A stretch of DNA of 51,011 nucleotides, from the sequence record SRR31156797_4985; one strand, given 5' to 3'. Below the pieces are notes generated by a model. The model was not told where the DNA came from and ran no database searches. It saw only the letters and a program-made list of their open reading frames with translations. A program made the translations under genes and the position numbers. Shown here piece after piece: positions 8,216 to 17,413 of the stretch; the first letter of the stretch is position 1; each line of letters begins with the position of its first letter.

Positions 8216-8947
8216 ATGACAGACATAGAATCATCATATTGTAATGTTTGCAAGAATCGGGGAATTAAATATCCTCTAGGAATTATTTGTAAACTTACTC
8301 AGAAGAAACCTCATTTTGGACAGAATTGTGGGGATTATAATTTTGATAGTGAAGAATATCAAAAACTAAAAGACAACAGAATAAGATACTATCAAGACTT
8401 AAATGAGAAAGGGAACAGTTTTGGGCGAAAAATCAATTCAAATACTATATCTTACGAAGAAACTCATGTTTCGCAAAGGAGCGAATCTGAATTGGGGTCA
8501 AGACTTCCTGTAATTATGGAAATTAGAAGTTCAATTCATCACTATTTTTACATGTACATCCTTCCCTGTATTTTGTGTATAATTGTTTTTGCTTACTTCC
8601 TTCTTAAACAATGGACTCATGTGCATTATACAATAATGGCTTTTGGAATTATTGCATTATCTGTAGGAGTAATTATCTATGCTCTAAGCAAAATTATCAA
8701 TAACAAACCAAAAATAATATTGAACAGCAAAGGAATAGAATTAAAAGGAAAAGGATTAATTATTTGGAGAGATGTCCTCATGACACAGATCAAAAGGACA
8801 CAGGAAAGATTTGTTTTTGAATATTTGTGTATCTCACAAATTAGTAAGACTAAAGACACAGAAATAGATATTAAAGAATTGAATATTCTGAGCTGGCAAT
8901 TAGGGCATTATATAGAGTTGTATAAAAGGAAATATCAACAATTATAA
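8216..8947 (+). CDS. Hypothetical membrane protein with N-terminal 4-Cys motif (putative cassette gene 2)
   Basis: CNVC..GIICKLT..C motif, two TM helices, then a soluble beta-rich domain (IILNSKGI, IIWRDV). Confidence 0.75.
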   Translation: MTDIESSYCNVCKNRGIKYPLGIICKLTQKKPHFGQNCGDYNFDSEEYQKLKDNRIRYYQDLNEKGNSFGRKINSNTISYEETHVSQRSESELGSRLPVIMEIRSSIHHYFYMYILPCILCIIVFAYFLLKQWTHVHYTIMAFGIIALSVGVIIYALSKIINNKPKIILNSKGIELKGKGLIIWRDVLMTQIKRTQERFVFEYLCISQISKTKDTEIDIKELNILSWQLGHYIELYKRKYQQL

Positions 8948-9132
8948 GTAACTGCGCCCAAAAGCTAATATGTAATGCGGATTCATTCTATTAATTATGG
9001 GAATTATAATATTAACAAGTAAGAGAATTTAATACATGAAGCAATTAAAGAGTATGTTACTATGTAAAAAAAACGTGCTTAAATAGAGCTTGTAATATAT
9101 AAGGGTACGAAGTGAATATTAATATCTAAACT

Positions 9133-9675
9133 ATGCTTAAAACTCTAAAATCCCAATTGTTTTTAGTCTTTGGATTCTTAATTATAGGATTTGGATTGGC
9201 TCTTTGCCAAATTACCATTTTAAGAAATATTGGAATTACACTGTTTTATTTAAGTATTGCTGGTTTTGTAGTTTCTCCAATAGTATATCATATAAGATTG
9301 AAAAGAAGTCTAAAGGTAATGGGGATTTATTTGGTTATTTTCTCTGCAGTGAACTACCTCCGGCATTATTTGGATTTTTATTCTTTATACCATATCAAAG
9401 ACTTAATTGAAAATGATTATTACTTTGCAAGCACAAGGTTCTTAGTTTATATACCGATATGGTTAATAATGACACTCGTGATATCTGTGTATACTCTTAA
9501 ATGCTTAAAAACAACGATGCTTTTTGAACATTTTTTAAGAACACGATTAACAACAATTGTAATTGTTCTAATTGCAATATTGATTCTACTTGAGATGCCA
9601 ATATTTAATTGGCATGGGGACTTTGGTGGAGGATTACATGGCCATCCATTTTGGGATTTTTGGCATATTCATTAA
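9133..9675 (+). CDS. Hypothetical 5-TM membrane protein (possible cassette gene 3)
   Basis: 180-aa hydrophobic ORF with His/Trp-rich tail WHGDFGGGLHGHPFWDFWHIH. Confidence 0.7.
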   Translation: MLKTLKSQLFLVFGFLIIGFGLALCQITILRNIGITLFYLSIAGFVVSPIVYHIRLKRSLKVMGIYLVIFSAVNYLRHYLDFYSLYHIKDLIENDYYFASTRFLVYIPIWLIMTLVISVYTLKCLKTTMLFEHFLRTRLTTIVIVLIAILILLEMPIFNWHGDFGGGLHGHPFWDFWHIH

Positions 9676-9768
9676 CAACGACTAACAAGAAAACTTATTT
9701 GTGTTTAGAGTATTGATTTTAAAGTTAGTACACTCTTTTTTTTCTGAAAGAAACCATCATATCAATCC

Positions 9769-11232
9769 CTACAACAACGGACTTAGCAACCTGGCCAAAG
9801 ATTCCTTGGCTTTTTGTTTTAGAGGGCGTTTTCTCCATTCCGAAAGAATCACGCGATTGCTATCGGCAAAGTCATCTATAAATGTTTCTTTTACCTGCAT
9901 AGCAAAATCTGTATCGTACACAAACGAGGTAACTTCAAAGTTTTGCTCAAAGCTTCTAAAATCCATATTGGCCGAACCAACGGAGGCTACCATATCGTCC
10001 GAAACCATTACTTTACTATGGATAAATCCTTTTTGATAGAAAAAGATTTTAATACCGGCCAGCATCATCTCCTTTAAATACGACATGGAGCAAAGCTTGG
10101 TAATATAGGCATCTGATTTTTCCGGAATAATAATACGCACATCCACACCTCCCATAGCGGCAGTTTTCAATGCCATCAGCATACTTTCGTTGGGCATAAA
10201 ATAAGGTGTGGCGATATACACATATTTTTTAGCGGTGGTTATGATCTTAAAAAAGCCCATCATAATTCCGGCCCAATCTGTGTCCGGGCCGCTGGCACTT
10301 ATCTGCACCAGTTTATCACCAACGGGTTCTTTGGCGGGATAGTATAGAACGTCCGATAATTCCTCCTGGCTTACAAAATACCAATCGATAGAAAAAATAG
10401 TTTGCAGACTGTTAACCGCATCACCTTTAATCATCATATGGGTATCGCGCCAAATGCCGTAGGAAGCTTCCCCATGAATATATCTGTCGGCCACATTAAT
10501 ACCACCCACAAATCCAACCAGTCCGTCAATAACCACAATTTTACGGTGGTTACGATAGTTGATTTTACTCGTTAATACCGGGAATCGCACTTTCAGAAAA
10601 GGATATATCTCGATTCCGGCTTTCCAGAATTCTTCGTAATCTTTGTTTTTAAGCTCCCAGGAACCCACATCATCTACAATCATCCTGATTTTTACGCCCG
10701 CTTTGGCTTTTTCAAATAGAATGTTTTTAATGGTATTCCCAATCTCATCTTTGGAGAAGATATAATATTGCAGGTGAATAAACTGTTTGGCTTTCTGGAG
10801 TTCCTCAATCAGGGCATTAAACTTTTCATCGCCATTGTTGAGCAATTGTATTTTATTACCGGCAGTTACAATAGAGTCGCTGTTGTTTAATTGCAGCTGT
10901 ACAATCTGTTCTTTTTCTTTTAGTACATCATCGTCTAAGCGATAAAACTGCGATAAATCCTTGGTTTGTTCTTTGGCAACGGAGCGGATAAACTCATGGT
11001 TCTTTAAACCTTTGCGTCGAATTATCTTCTCTTTTCGGAGGTTCTGCCCGAAAAAGATATACAGGATAATTCCTAAAATAGGCAGCAGAAGAAGTACTAA
11101 AATCCACGATAATGATTTTAAGGGATTTCTATTCTCCAAAATCATGACCCCGATGACCACTAAAATGGAGATGAGGTACGAACTGGCTATAACGGTAAAT
11201 ATAATTGAAGATAAATTCTCTGTCCACCACAT
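9769..11232 (-). CDS. cls: Cardiolipin synthase
   Basis: Two N-terminal TM helices and two PLD motifs, NHRKIVVIDG and IHSKVMVSDD. Confidence 0.95.
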   Translation of the reverse strand: MWWTENLSSIIFTVIASSYLISILVVIGVMILENRNPLKSLSWILVLLLLPILGIILYIFFGQNLRKEKIIRRKGLKNHEFIRSVAKEQTKDLSQFYRLDDDVLKEKEQIVQLQLNNSDSIVTAGNKIQLLNNGDEKFNALIEELQKAKQFIHLQYYIFSKDEIGNTIKNILFEKAKAGVKIRMIVDDVGSWELKNKDYEEFWKAGIEIYPFLKVRFPVLTSKINYRNHRKIVVIDGLVGFVGGINVADRYIHGEASYGIWRDTHMMIKGDAVNSLQTIFSIDWYFVSQEELSDVLYYPAKEPVGDKLVQISASGPDTDWAGIMMGFFKIITTAKKYVYIATPYFMPNESMLMALKTAAMGGVDVRIIIPEKSDAYITKLCSMSYLKEMMLAGIKIFFYQKGFIHSKVMVSDDMVASVGSANMDFRSFEQNFEVTSFVYDTDFAMQVKETFIDDFADSNRVILSEWRKRPLKQKAKESLARLLSPLL

Positions 11233-11287
11233 GTATTCCGTGTTTGGTAATTGCTGGGTTTAAAATTAAATGTTTTAAAGTATACAA

Positions 11288-12331
11288 CTACACATTTCGG
11301 CCATATATTAAGCGACTGTTGCCAATTATTTCGGTTTTTAGTGGATTAAAATCAATTTGAGGACCTTTTACCCCGCTGCCAAATATTTTATCACCAACAA
11401 AAAGTCTTACTTCGTCCCATAGGTTGGCATCAATAAAGCTTTGCAATACTTGTTGCCCTCCTTCAATAATAATAGATTGAAGCCCTTCTTTATAGAGAAC
11501 TTCCAATATCTGAGGAACAATATCTTTATCGAAGTCAATCTTTTTATAGATCAGATGCTGGCTGTCTTCTTTATCTTCATTCGTAAAAACAAGGGTACGA
11601 ACACTTTCATCTAATAAATGGTGATTTTTAGGAACACGTGCTGTTTTATCTATCAACACTCTAACAGGACTATGGCCAGGCCACTCGCGGGTAGTAAGTG
11701 AAGGATTGTCTTTTATGGCGGTATGGGTTCCTACCATAATAGCCTGTTCCTCGCTGCGCCATTTGTGTACCAGCTTTTTAGCGATGGTGTTTGTAATCCA
11801 GGTTGGTTGCCCGTAATCTTTGTGCGTACGATCAATATCGATAAAACCATCCAGCGTTTGTGCCCATTTTAAAATCACATAAGGGCGTTTTTTCTCATGA
11901 AAGGTAAAGAAACGCTTATTTAGTTCGCGGCTTTCATTCTCCAGTACTCCAACCTTGACATCCACTCCGGCTTCCATCAGCATTTTAATGCCTTTGCCGG
12001 CTACTTCGGAAAAGGTGTCGGTACAGCCAATCACCACACGGGGTATTTTACTTTCTTTAATTAAAAGAGAACAGGGCGGTGTTTTACCAAAATGCGCACA
12101 TGGTTCAAGGTTTACATACAAAGTAGCATCGGTTAACAAAGATTTATCTTTTACAGAATTCACGGCATTCACCTCAGCATGGGCTTCTCCGGCTTTATGG
12201 TGGAAACCTTCGCCAATTATTTTTCCCTGGTGTACAATAACAGATCCAACCAAGGGATTAGAATAGGTATTGCCTAATCCTATTTTTGCCAGATCGAGGC
12301 AACGTTGCATATATTTAATATCCTCTTCCAT
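11288..12331 (-). CDS. ribD: Riboflavin biosynthesis deaminase/reductase
   Basis: NPLVGSVIV, HAE, LEPCAHFGKTPPC, LKWAQTLDG, IEGG. Confidence 0.97.
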   Translation of the reverse strand: MEEDIKYMQRCLDLAKIGLGNTYSNPLVGSVIVHQGKIIGEGFHHKAGEAHAEVNAVNSVKDKSLLTDATLYVNLEPCAHFGKTPPCSLLIKESKIPRVVIGCTDTFSEVAGKGIKMLMEAGVDVKVGVLENESRELNKRFFTFHEKKRPYVILKWAQTLDGFIDIDRTHKDYGQPTWITNTIAKKLVHKWRSEEQAIMVGTHTAIKDNPSLTTREWPGHSPVRVLIDKTARVPKNHHLLDESVRTLVFTNEDKEDSQHLIYKKIDFDKDIVPQILEVLYKEGLQSIIIEGGQQVLQSFIDANLWDEVRLFVGDKIFGSGVKGPQIDFNPLKTEIIGNSRLIYGRNV

Positions 12332-12336
12332 ATATG

Positions 12337-12354
12337 CAAAAATGGTTATTTTTG
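12337..12354. promoter_or_regulatory. Back-to-back -7 boxes for ribD (-) and prmC (+)
   Basis: TATTTTTG on + at 12347-12354; CATTTTTG (one mismatch) on - at 12337-12344. Confidence 0.5.
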
Positions 12355-12384
12355 TCGCACATAAAAAATCATTACCATTAATTC

Positions 12385-13245
12385 ATGGCATCAATCACCG
12401 TAAAAAATATATCCGAAGAGTTTCATGTAGCTTTAAAAGAAATGTATCCTCCAGAGGAAATCAGGAATTTCGTTTGGATAATCATGGAGCATTTACTGGA
12501 TTTTACCAAAACGGATTTATTGGTGAAAGATAATACTGTTCTAAGTGATGATCAGCTTAGTTTTTGCAAGGATGCGATGGAAAAGCTGGCAGTGCAAGTG
12601 CCTGTTCAGCAAATTGTTGAAAGTACTCTGTTCTATGATTTAAATTTTGGGGTAACGCCCGATGTTTTAATCCCTCGCCCGGAAACGGAGGAGTTGGTTC
12701 ACTGGATTCTGGATGATCTGAAACAAAAGAAAGAAGTATCTATATTAGATGTAGGAACCGGTTCGGGTTGTATTCCTATTTCATTAAAGGTAAATCATCC
12801 CCAGGCAATAGTTTCTGCTTGGGATATTTCCGATAGGGCGCTTGATGTCGCGAAAAGTAATGCCAATCTCAATCAAGTTGATATTCTGTTTGAAAAACAA
12901 GATGCACTAAATCCGGAACTTAACGACCGAGATAAAGTCGATGTAATCGTGAGCAATCCGCCTTATATTCGTGAGTTGGAAAAGGAAAGGATGCAAAAAA
13001 ATGTATTAGATTATGAGCCGCACCTGGCTCTGTTTGTTTCTGATCATGATCCGCTTATTTTTTACAGGCGAATAGCGGAATGGGGTAGAGAATTGCTTTC
13101 TGAAAATGGTTGTTTGTATTACGAAATTAATGAAGCTTTTGGTAAAGAAACCTGCGAAATGCTTCAAGAGTTGGGCTATCAAAGTTTAGAGTTACGAAAA
13201 GATTTGTTTGGAAAAGACCGGATGATCAAAGCCATTTGGAAGTAA
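12385..13245 (+). CDS. prmC: Release factor glutamine methyltransferase
   Basis: VLIPRPETEELV, LDVGTGSGCI, VSNPPYI, EPHLALF. Confidence 0.97.
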   Translation: MASITVKNISEEFHVALKEMYPPEEIRNFVWIIMEHLLDFTKTDLLVKDNTVLSDDQLSFCKDAMEKLAVQVPVQQIVESTLFYDLNFGVTPDVLIPRPETEELVHWILDDLKQKKEVSILDVGTGSGCIPISLKVNHPQAIVSAWDISDRALDVAKSNANLNQVDILFEKQDALNPELNDRDKVDVIVSNPPYIRELEKERMQKNVLDYEPHLALFVSDHDPLIFYRRIAEWGRELLSENGCLYYEINEAFGKETCEMLQELGYQSLELRKDLFGKDRMIKAIWK

Positions 13246-13248
13246 AAG

Positions 13249-13842
13249 TTAAATAGCAGAATTGGAACTAATTTCCTGCGCTACCATTTGTCTGATATCT
13301 TCAAAAAATAAAGCAAATTCCTCGTGAAGCTCCTCATACTGTTCTGTCATTATTTTAATGGCACACTCCGATTTAGCAGGTAAAGAGCTATGGTTAGCCA
13401 TAATGGCCAATGATTTTTCAATACCCCACAAATGTTTATAGTTTTCTAATCGTCTGCTTTTAATTAGAAAAGGTAAAAAGCCTTTTACTTGATTAGGCAA
13501 TGAAAAATAATGCTTCATAAAATAATGGTGAACACTATCTACATATTGCTTTAATGAAATTGAGTGGTAATGATGCCAGTTTTTTGCGAGGTAATGATCG
13601 TAAATAACATCAATAACCACCGAAGCATATCGTTGATAGCAGGGCTTAAATCGTGCAGTGCTGGTCTTTACCACTTTATGCTGGTCGGTAAAGGCATCTA
13701 TTTTACGATGCAACAAAATTCCCTGTTGAATTTCAGGCTTGTAATGTTCCACCTTTCTTCCTTTCACATAATCACCAATAAAGTTGCCCAACATTAAAGG
13801 TCCGGGATCTCCCGATAAATATAGATGCGCTAAAAAATTCAT
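13249..13842 (-). CDS. acpH: Acyl carrier protein phosphodiesterase
   Basis: MNFLAHLYLS, GNFIGDYVKG, LHRKIDAFTDQH, DVIYDHYLA. Confidence 0.9.
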   Translation of the reverse strand: MNFLAHLYLSGDPGPLMLGNFIGDYVKGRKVEHYKPEIQQGILLHRKIDAFTDQHKVVKTSTARFKPCYQRYASVVIDVIYDHYLAKNWHHYHSISLKQYVDSVHHYFMKHYFSLPNQVKGFLPFLIKSRRLENYKHLWGIEKSLAIMANHSSLPAKSECAIKIMTEQYEELHEEFALFFEDIRQMVAQEISSNSAI

Positions 13843-13846
13843 AATT

Positions 13847-13854
13847 CAAAAATA
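13847..13854 (-). promoter_or_regulatory. -7 promoter box 4 nt upstream of the acpH ATG
   Basis: Minus strand TATTTTTG-AATT-ATG. Confidence 0.6.
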
Positions 13855-13954
13855 ATAACGATTTCAGAAATAAAATCATTTACTTTATGTGTTGTTATGC
13901 AAGAATGCGATTTAAGTATCGTTTGTTATTGAAAAACCTAATGATAACACATAT

Positions 13955-15283
13955 ATGAAGAACGTAATTATTTTAGGCGCAGCAGGCCGTGATTTTCATA
14001 ATTTTAATGCTTACTTCAAGAATAACCATGATTATAAGGTGGTTGCTTTTACAGCCACGCAAATTCCAAATATAGCCAATCGCAATTATCCCATTCAATT
14101 AACCGGAAAACATTATCCGTATGGTATTCCAATTCACGACGAAAAGGATCTACCATTTTTAATTAAAAAGCTGAATGTAAATGTGTGTGTGTTTTCGTAC
14201 AGCGATGTTAGTTATCAGAAGGTAATGAGCTTGGCTTCTATTGTACAGGCTGCCGGTGCTGATTTTAGAATTCTGGGTCCGGATAATACTATGCTGAAAA
14301 GTCTAAAACCTGTTATTGCTGTATGTGCTACCAGAACAGGTTGTGGCAAAAGCCAGACTTCACGTAAAATTGTGGATTACCTGCAAGCCAGGGGTAAAAA
14401 AGTAGTGGTCATTCGTCATCCTATGCCGTACGGAAATTTAAAAGATCAGATTGTACAGCGTTTTGCTACCCTTTCCGATTTAAAAACTAATAAATGTACT
14501 GTTGAGGAGATGGAGGAATATGAACCACATATTGCCAATGGAACAGTGGTTTATTCCGGTGTTGATTATCATGATGTTTTGCGTGAAGCTGAGGATGATC
14601 CTAAAGGCTGCGATGTTATCGTTTGGGATGGAGGAAATAATGATATGCCTTTTTATAAGCCGGATTTATGGATTACAGTCGCCGATCCACACAGGGTTGG
14701 GCATGAAAAGAACTATTTTCCGAGTGAGTTAAACGTACGTATGTCGGATGTGGTGATTATCAATAAAATTGATAGTGCCAATGCGCAGGATATTTTTCAA
14801 TTGCGAAGCAATATTCAGGAATTAAATCCAGAAGTTAGTATTATTGAAGCAGCTTCTCCTATTGAAGTGGATGATGCCTCTGTCATCAAAGGAAAAAAAG
14901 TGTTGGTTATTGAAGATGGACCTACATTAACCCATGGTGAAATGAAATTTGGTGCCGGTTATTTGGCTGCACTAAAATTAGGCGCTGCGGAAATCATTGA
15001 TCCCAAAGAGTATGCTGTAGGAGAAATTGCATCGGCTTACGAAACTTATCCTCATATTGAAAATGTATTGCCGGCAATGGGATATAGTCCTAAACAAATT
15101 GAAGATTTAGAGAAAACCATTAACAATACGCCTTGCGATGCTGTGATTGTAGCAACGCCGATTGATTTATCGCGTTTAGTGAAGTTTACAAAGCCAAATA
15201 CACGTGTATATTATAGTCTTCAGGAAATCGGAAAGCCGGATTTAAGAACAGTAATAGATTCTTTTATAGAAGCAAAACTTTAG
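13955..15283 (+). CDS. P-loop NTPase of the cyclic 2,3-diphosphoglycerate synthetase-like family
   Basis: GAAGRDFHNFN, P-loop TRTGCGKSQT, RHPMPYG, WDGGNND, EDGPTLTHG. Confidence 0.85.
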   Translation: MKNVIILGAAGRDFHNFNAYFKNNHDYKVVAFTATQIPNIANRNYPIQLTGKHYPYGIPIHDEKDLPFLIKKLNVNVCVFSYSDVSYQKVMSLASIVQAAGADFRILGPDNTMLKSLKPVIAVCATRTGCGKSQTSRKIVDYLQARGKKVVVIRHPMPYGNLKDQIVQRFATLSDLKTNKCTVEEMEEYEPHIANGTVVYSGVDYHDVLREAEDDPKGCDVIVWDGGNNDMPFYKPDLWITVADPHRVGHEKNYFPSELNVRMSDVVIINKIDSANAQDIFQLRSNIQELNPEVSIIEAASPIEVDDASVIKGKKVLVIEDGPTLTHGEMKFGAGYLAALKLGAAEIIDPKEYAVGEIASAYETYPHIENVLPAMGYSPKQIEDLEKTINNTPCDAVIVATPIDLSRLVKFTKPNTRVYYSLQEIGKPDLRTVIDSFIEAKL

Positions 15284-15290
15284 ACCGGAG

Positions 15291-16724
15291 TTATCGTCTT
15301 CTACTTTTAACCGAATGATATGGATCGCCAAAACAAGGTAAGGCTCTGATGCCATTGTCTTTGGGCGATCTTTTTCGTTTGTTGCCACACCCAAATAACA
15401 TACCTACGCCAAAACGTAAATTGGCATTACGCGTAGCAGTCAAGTTGAGCAAGCCGGGCAGGTTATCTGTAACCGCATGTAAATGAATGATGCCTAGTTT
15501 AGCCCCTATACCCATCCCTAAATTATTAAACTCATTATTCTGAAGGGTGTAGGAGGCACTGTAAAAAATATTTTTAGTGACCGCTAAGTTTGCTGAGAAA
15601 GTGAGCGAGGGGTGAATTTTATATTGGTAAAACTCTGAATGAAATACTGCTCCCACATTAATGCGTTCATGAAGGTCGCGTGCTATGCCAAGGTATACTG
15701 AAGGGCTTAAAGGAGATGCATATCTTTCCTGCGTGGTCTCCGGATTAAAAGAGTTTTCCAATGAGTCAATTACTTCGTCAATATTGGCTAGCCCTTCAGA
15801 AACCGTTTGTCCTGTAACATCCAAAGTTCCGTTAATACTATATCTATAAGCATCAGATTTCCAGTTGATATAACCCAAATCTAACAAGGAACCTGAAAAC
15901 GTAGTTTTATCGTCAATATGGTATATAAAACCAAGATCAGCTGCAAAACCTTTGTTTATGGTATTCATCATATAATCAGAACGGGTCAGGTTATCTCTGG
16001 TTTGGAAACTATCAAACCGACCTTCCTCATCAATGTTAACATCTACAGGAAAAGAACCGTACATTTCTGCAGCACCATCTATCAGCGTGTTAAAGGTAAC
16101 ATCATCCGTCGAAAGGAATAAATCCATAGGCTTAGCGTATACATTCGACTTACCAAACAACATTTTAAGTCGAGCACCAACCTCCCATTTTTCATTGATA
16201 TCTCTGGCCCAACCTAAGGCATATTCACGGTAATGATATGCCTTGGCGCTTGTTCCATCCATATTTACTTCCTGACCTTCGAATTGTGTGTTACCACCGT
16301 TGATTAATAAGGCCATATTCTTATTGATGATGGTATAGGTATTTACTTTTTCGGTAACCCCAAAGGTAAAATAGTTGCTTTTGTATCTATATCCTGCATT
16401 AAGTATAGAGATATGTGCCTGGGTGGCAATTAATTCATTTTTTTTAAAACTGCTTATGGCATTATCCGGAGATATATCTAGTTCGCCATTTTCTCCATCT
16501 ACAAGCAGATCATTCACAGTAAAGCCAGTTGAATATGCATTTGCATGTGTTGATCCAATAAGAGGGAATGCAATATATAAATTACAATCTATAGAAACTG
16601 CCGGATTCACAATGTTTGATTGTGGCAGGTGATGCATTAAAAATAGGGTGTTGTTCTGCTGTGCATATAACTGAAAACATGCAGTTAAAACAATGAAGAT
16701 CAGATTTAATTTCTTGGACAGCAT
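15291..16724 (-). CDS. DUF5723-like outer-membrane beta-barrel protein
   Basis: Signal peptide, PQSNIVNPA, GFAADLGFIY, SLLDLGYINW, amphipathic beta strands. Confidence 0.8.
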   Translation of the reverse strand: MLSKKLNLIFIVLTACFQLYAQQNNTLFLMHHLPQSNIVNPAVSIDCNLYIAFPLIGSTHANAYSTGFTVNDLLVDGENGELDISPDNAISSFKKNELIATQAHISILNAGYRYKSNYFTFGVTEKVNTYTIINKNMALLINGGNTQFEGQEVNMDGTSAKAYHYREYALGWARDINEKWEVGARLKMLFGKSNVYAKPMDLFLSTDDVTFNTLIDGAAEMYGSFPVDVNIDEEGRFDSFQTRDNLTRSDYMMNTINKGFAADLGFIYHIDDKTTFSGSLLDLGYINWKSDAYRYSINGTLDVTGQTVSEGLANIDEVIDSLENSFNPETTQERYASPLSPSVYLGIARDLHERINVGAVFHSEFYQYKIHPSLTFSANLAVTKNIFYSASYTLQNNEFNNLGMGIGAKLGIIHLHAVTDNLPGLLNLTATRNANLRFGVGMLFGCGNKRKRSPKDNGIRALPCFGDPYHSVKSRRR

Positions 16725-16728
16725 AGTT

Positions 16729-17337
16729 CTAGTTTACAGGATCCTTTAATGCTGATCGAATAGCGACATTAATACTAATAAAATAGGAATCTAACTGATC
16801 CATTATTTCTGAACGATTGTCAAAATCGCGGATAACAATCCAAAGCAAAATCTCTTTGGATTCAATTAAAGATGGGATTTCGTCTTCGTAGAAAGTTTCA
16901 TCATGAATGAGTTCAACAGGTTCATTAATAATAAATGATGTAGTATCTAATTCTGGTTTTTCCACAATTAGGTGTGGATCTTCAAATACAAAACCCGATG
17001 ATCCACCTCCTTCTTTCAAAAATACCGGTGAGATTTGGAGTTCTGCAGGAAAGGAATTTATAACGTTAAATCTTAAAATCAGGCTATCCAGATCGTAGAA
17101 ATCTTCAGGAAACATTTCTTCAAAATCAAAGCTAACTTTATAAGTAATTAAAGCACCATTGAAGACTGATCCGCCGGCAAAGTCATCAGCCGTTAAGGTA
17201 ACGCCACTAACGGGAAGCGAAACATTACCTTGCCAAATATAATTATCGGTATTTACCTTGCTCAGATCTTCTTTTACGCAGGCTTGAAATACCAACGCAA
17301 TTATAACCAGTGTAATATAAATATGCTTTAATTGCAT
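16729..17337 (-). CDS. Hypothetical lipoprotein
   Basis: Lipobox VFQAC followed by VKED; acidic; 4 nt from the barrel gene. Confidence 0.75.
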   Translation of the reverse strand: MQLKHIYITLVIIALVFQACVKEDLSKVNTDNYIWQGNVSLPVSGVTLTADDFAGGSVFNGALITYKVSFDFEEMFPEDFYDLDSLILRFNVINSFPAELQISPVFLKEGGGSSGFVFEDPHLIVEKPELDTTSFIINEPVELIHDETFYEDEIPSLIESKEILLWIVIRDFDNRSEIMDQLDSYFISINVAIRSALKDPVN

Positions 17338-17359
17338 ATCAATAAATTAATTGTTAAAC

Positions 17360-17367
17360 CAAAACTA
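17360..17367 (-). promoter_or_regulatory. -7 promoter box
   Basis: TAGTTTTG upstream of the lipoprotein-barrel pair. Confidence 0.5.
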
Positions 17368-17413
17368 CTAGTATAACTGCGAAAATCAGGAAAAAGTATT
17401 TTACTATACCTAA

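Noticed and set aside
7500-9770. Complete integron (intI, attI, Pc)
   Set aside because: No tyrosine recombinase ORF in the window; only cassette-like ends are supported
9701-12533. Short ORFs overlapping cls, ribD and prmC
   Set aside because: Shadow frames of well-conserved genes with no motifs; the same applies to the other short overlapping ORFs in the track
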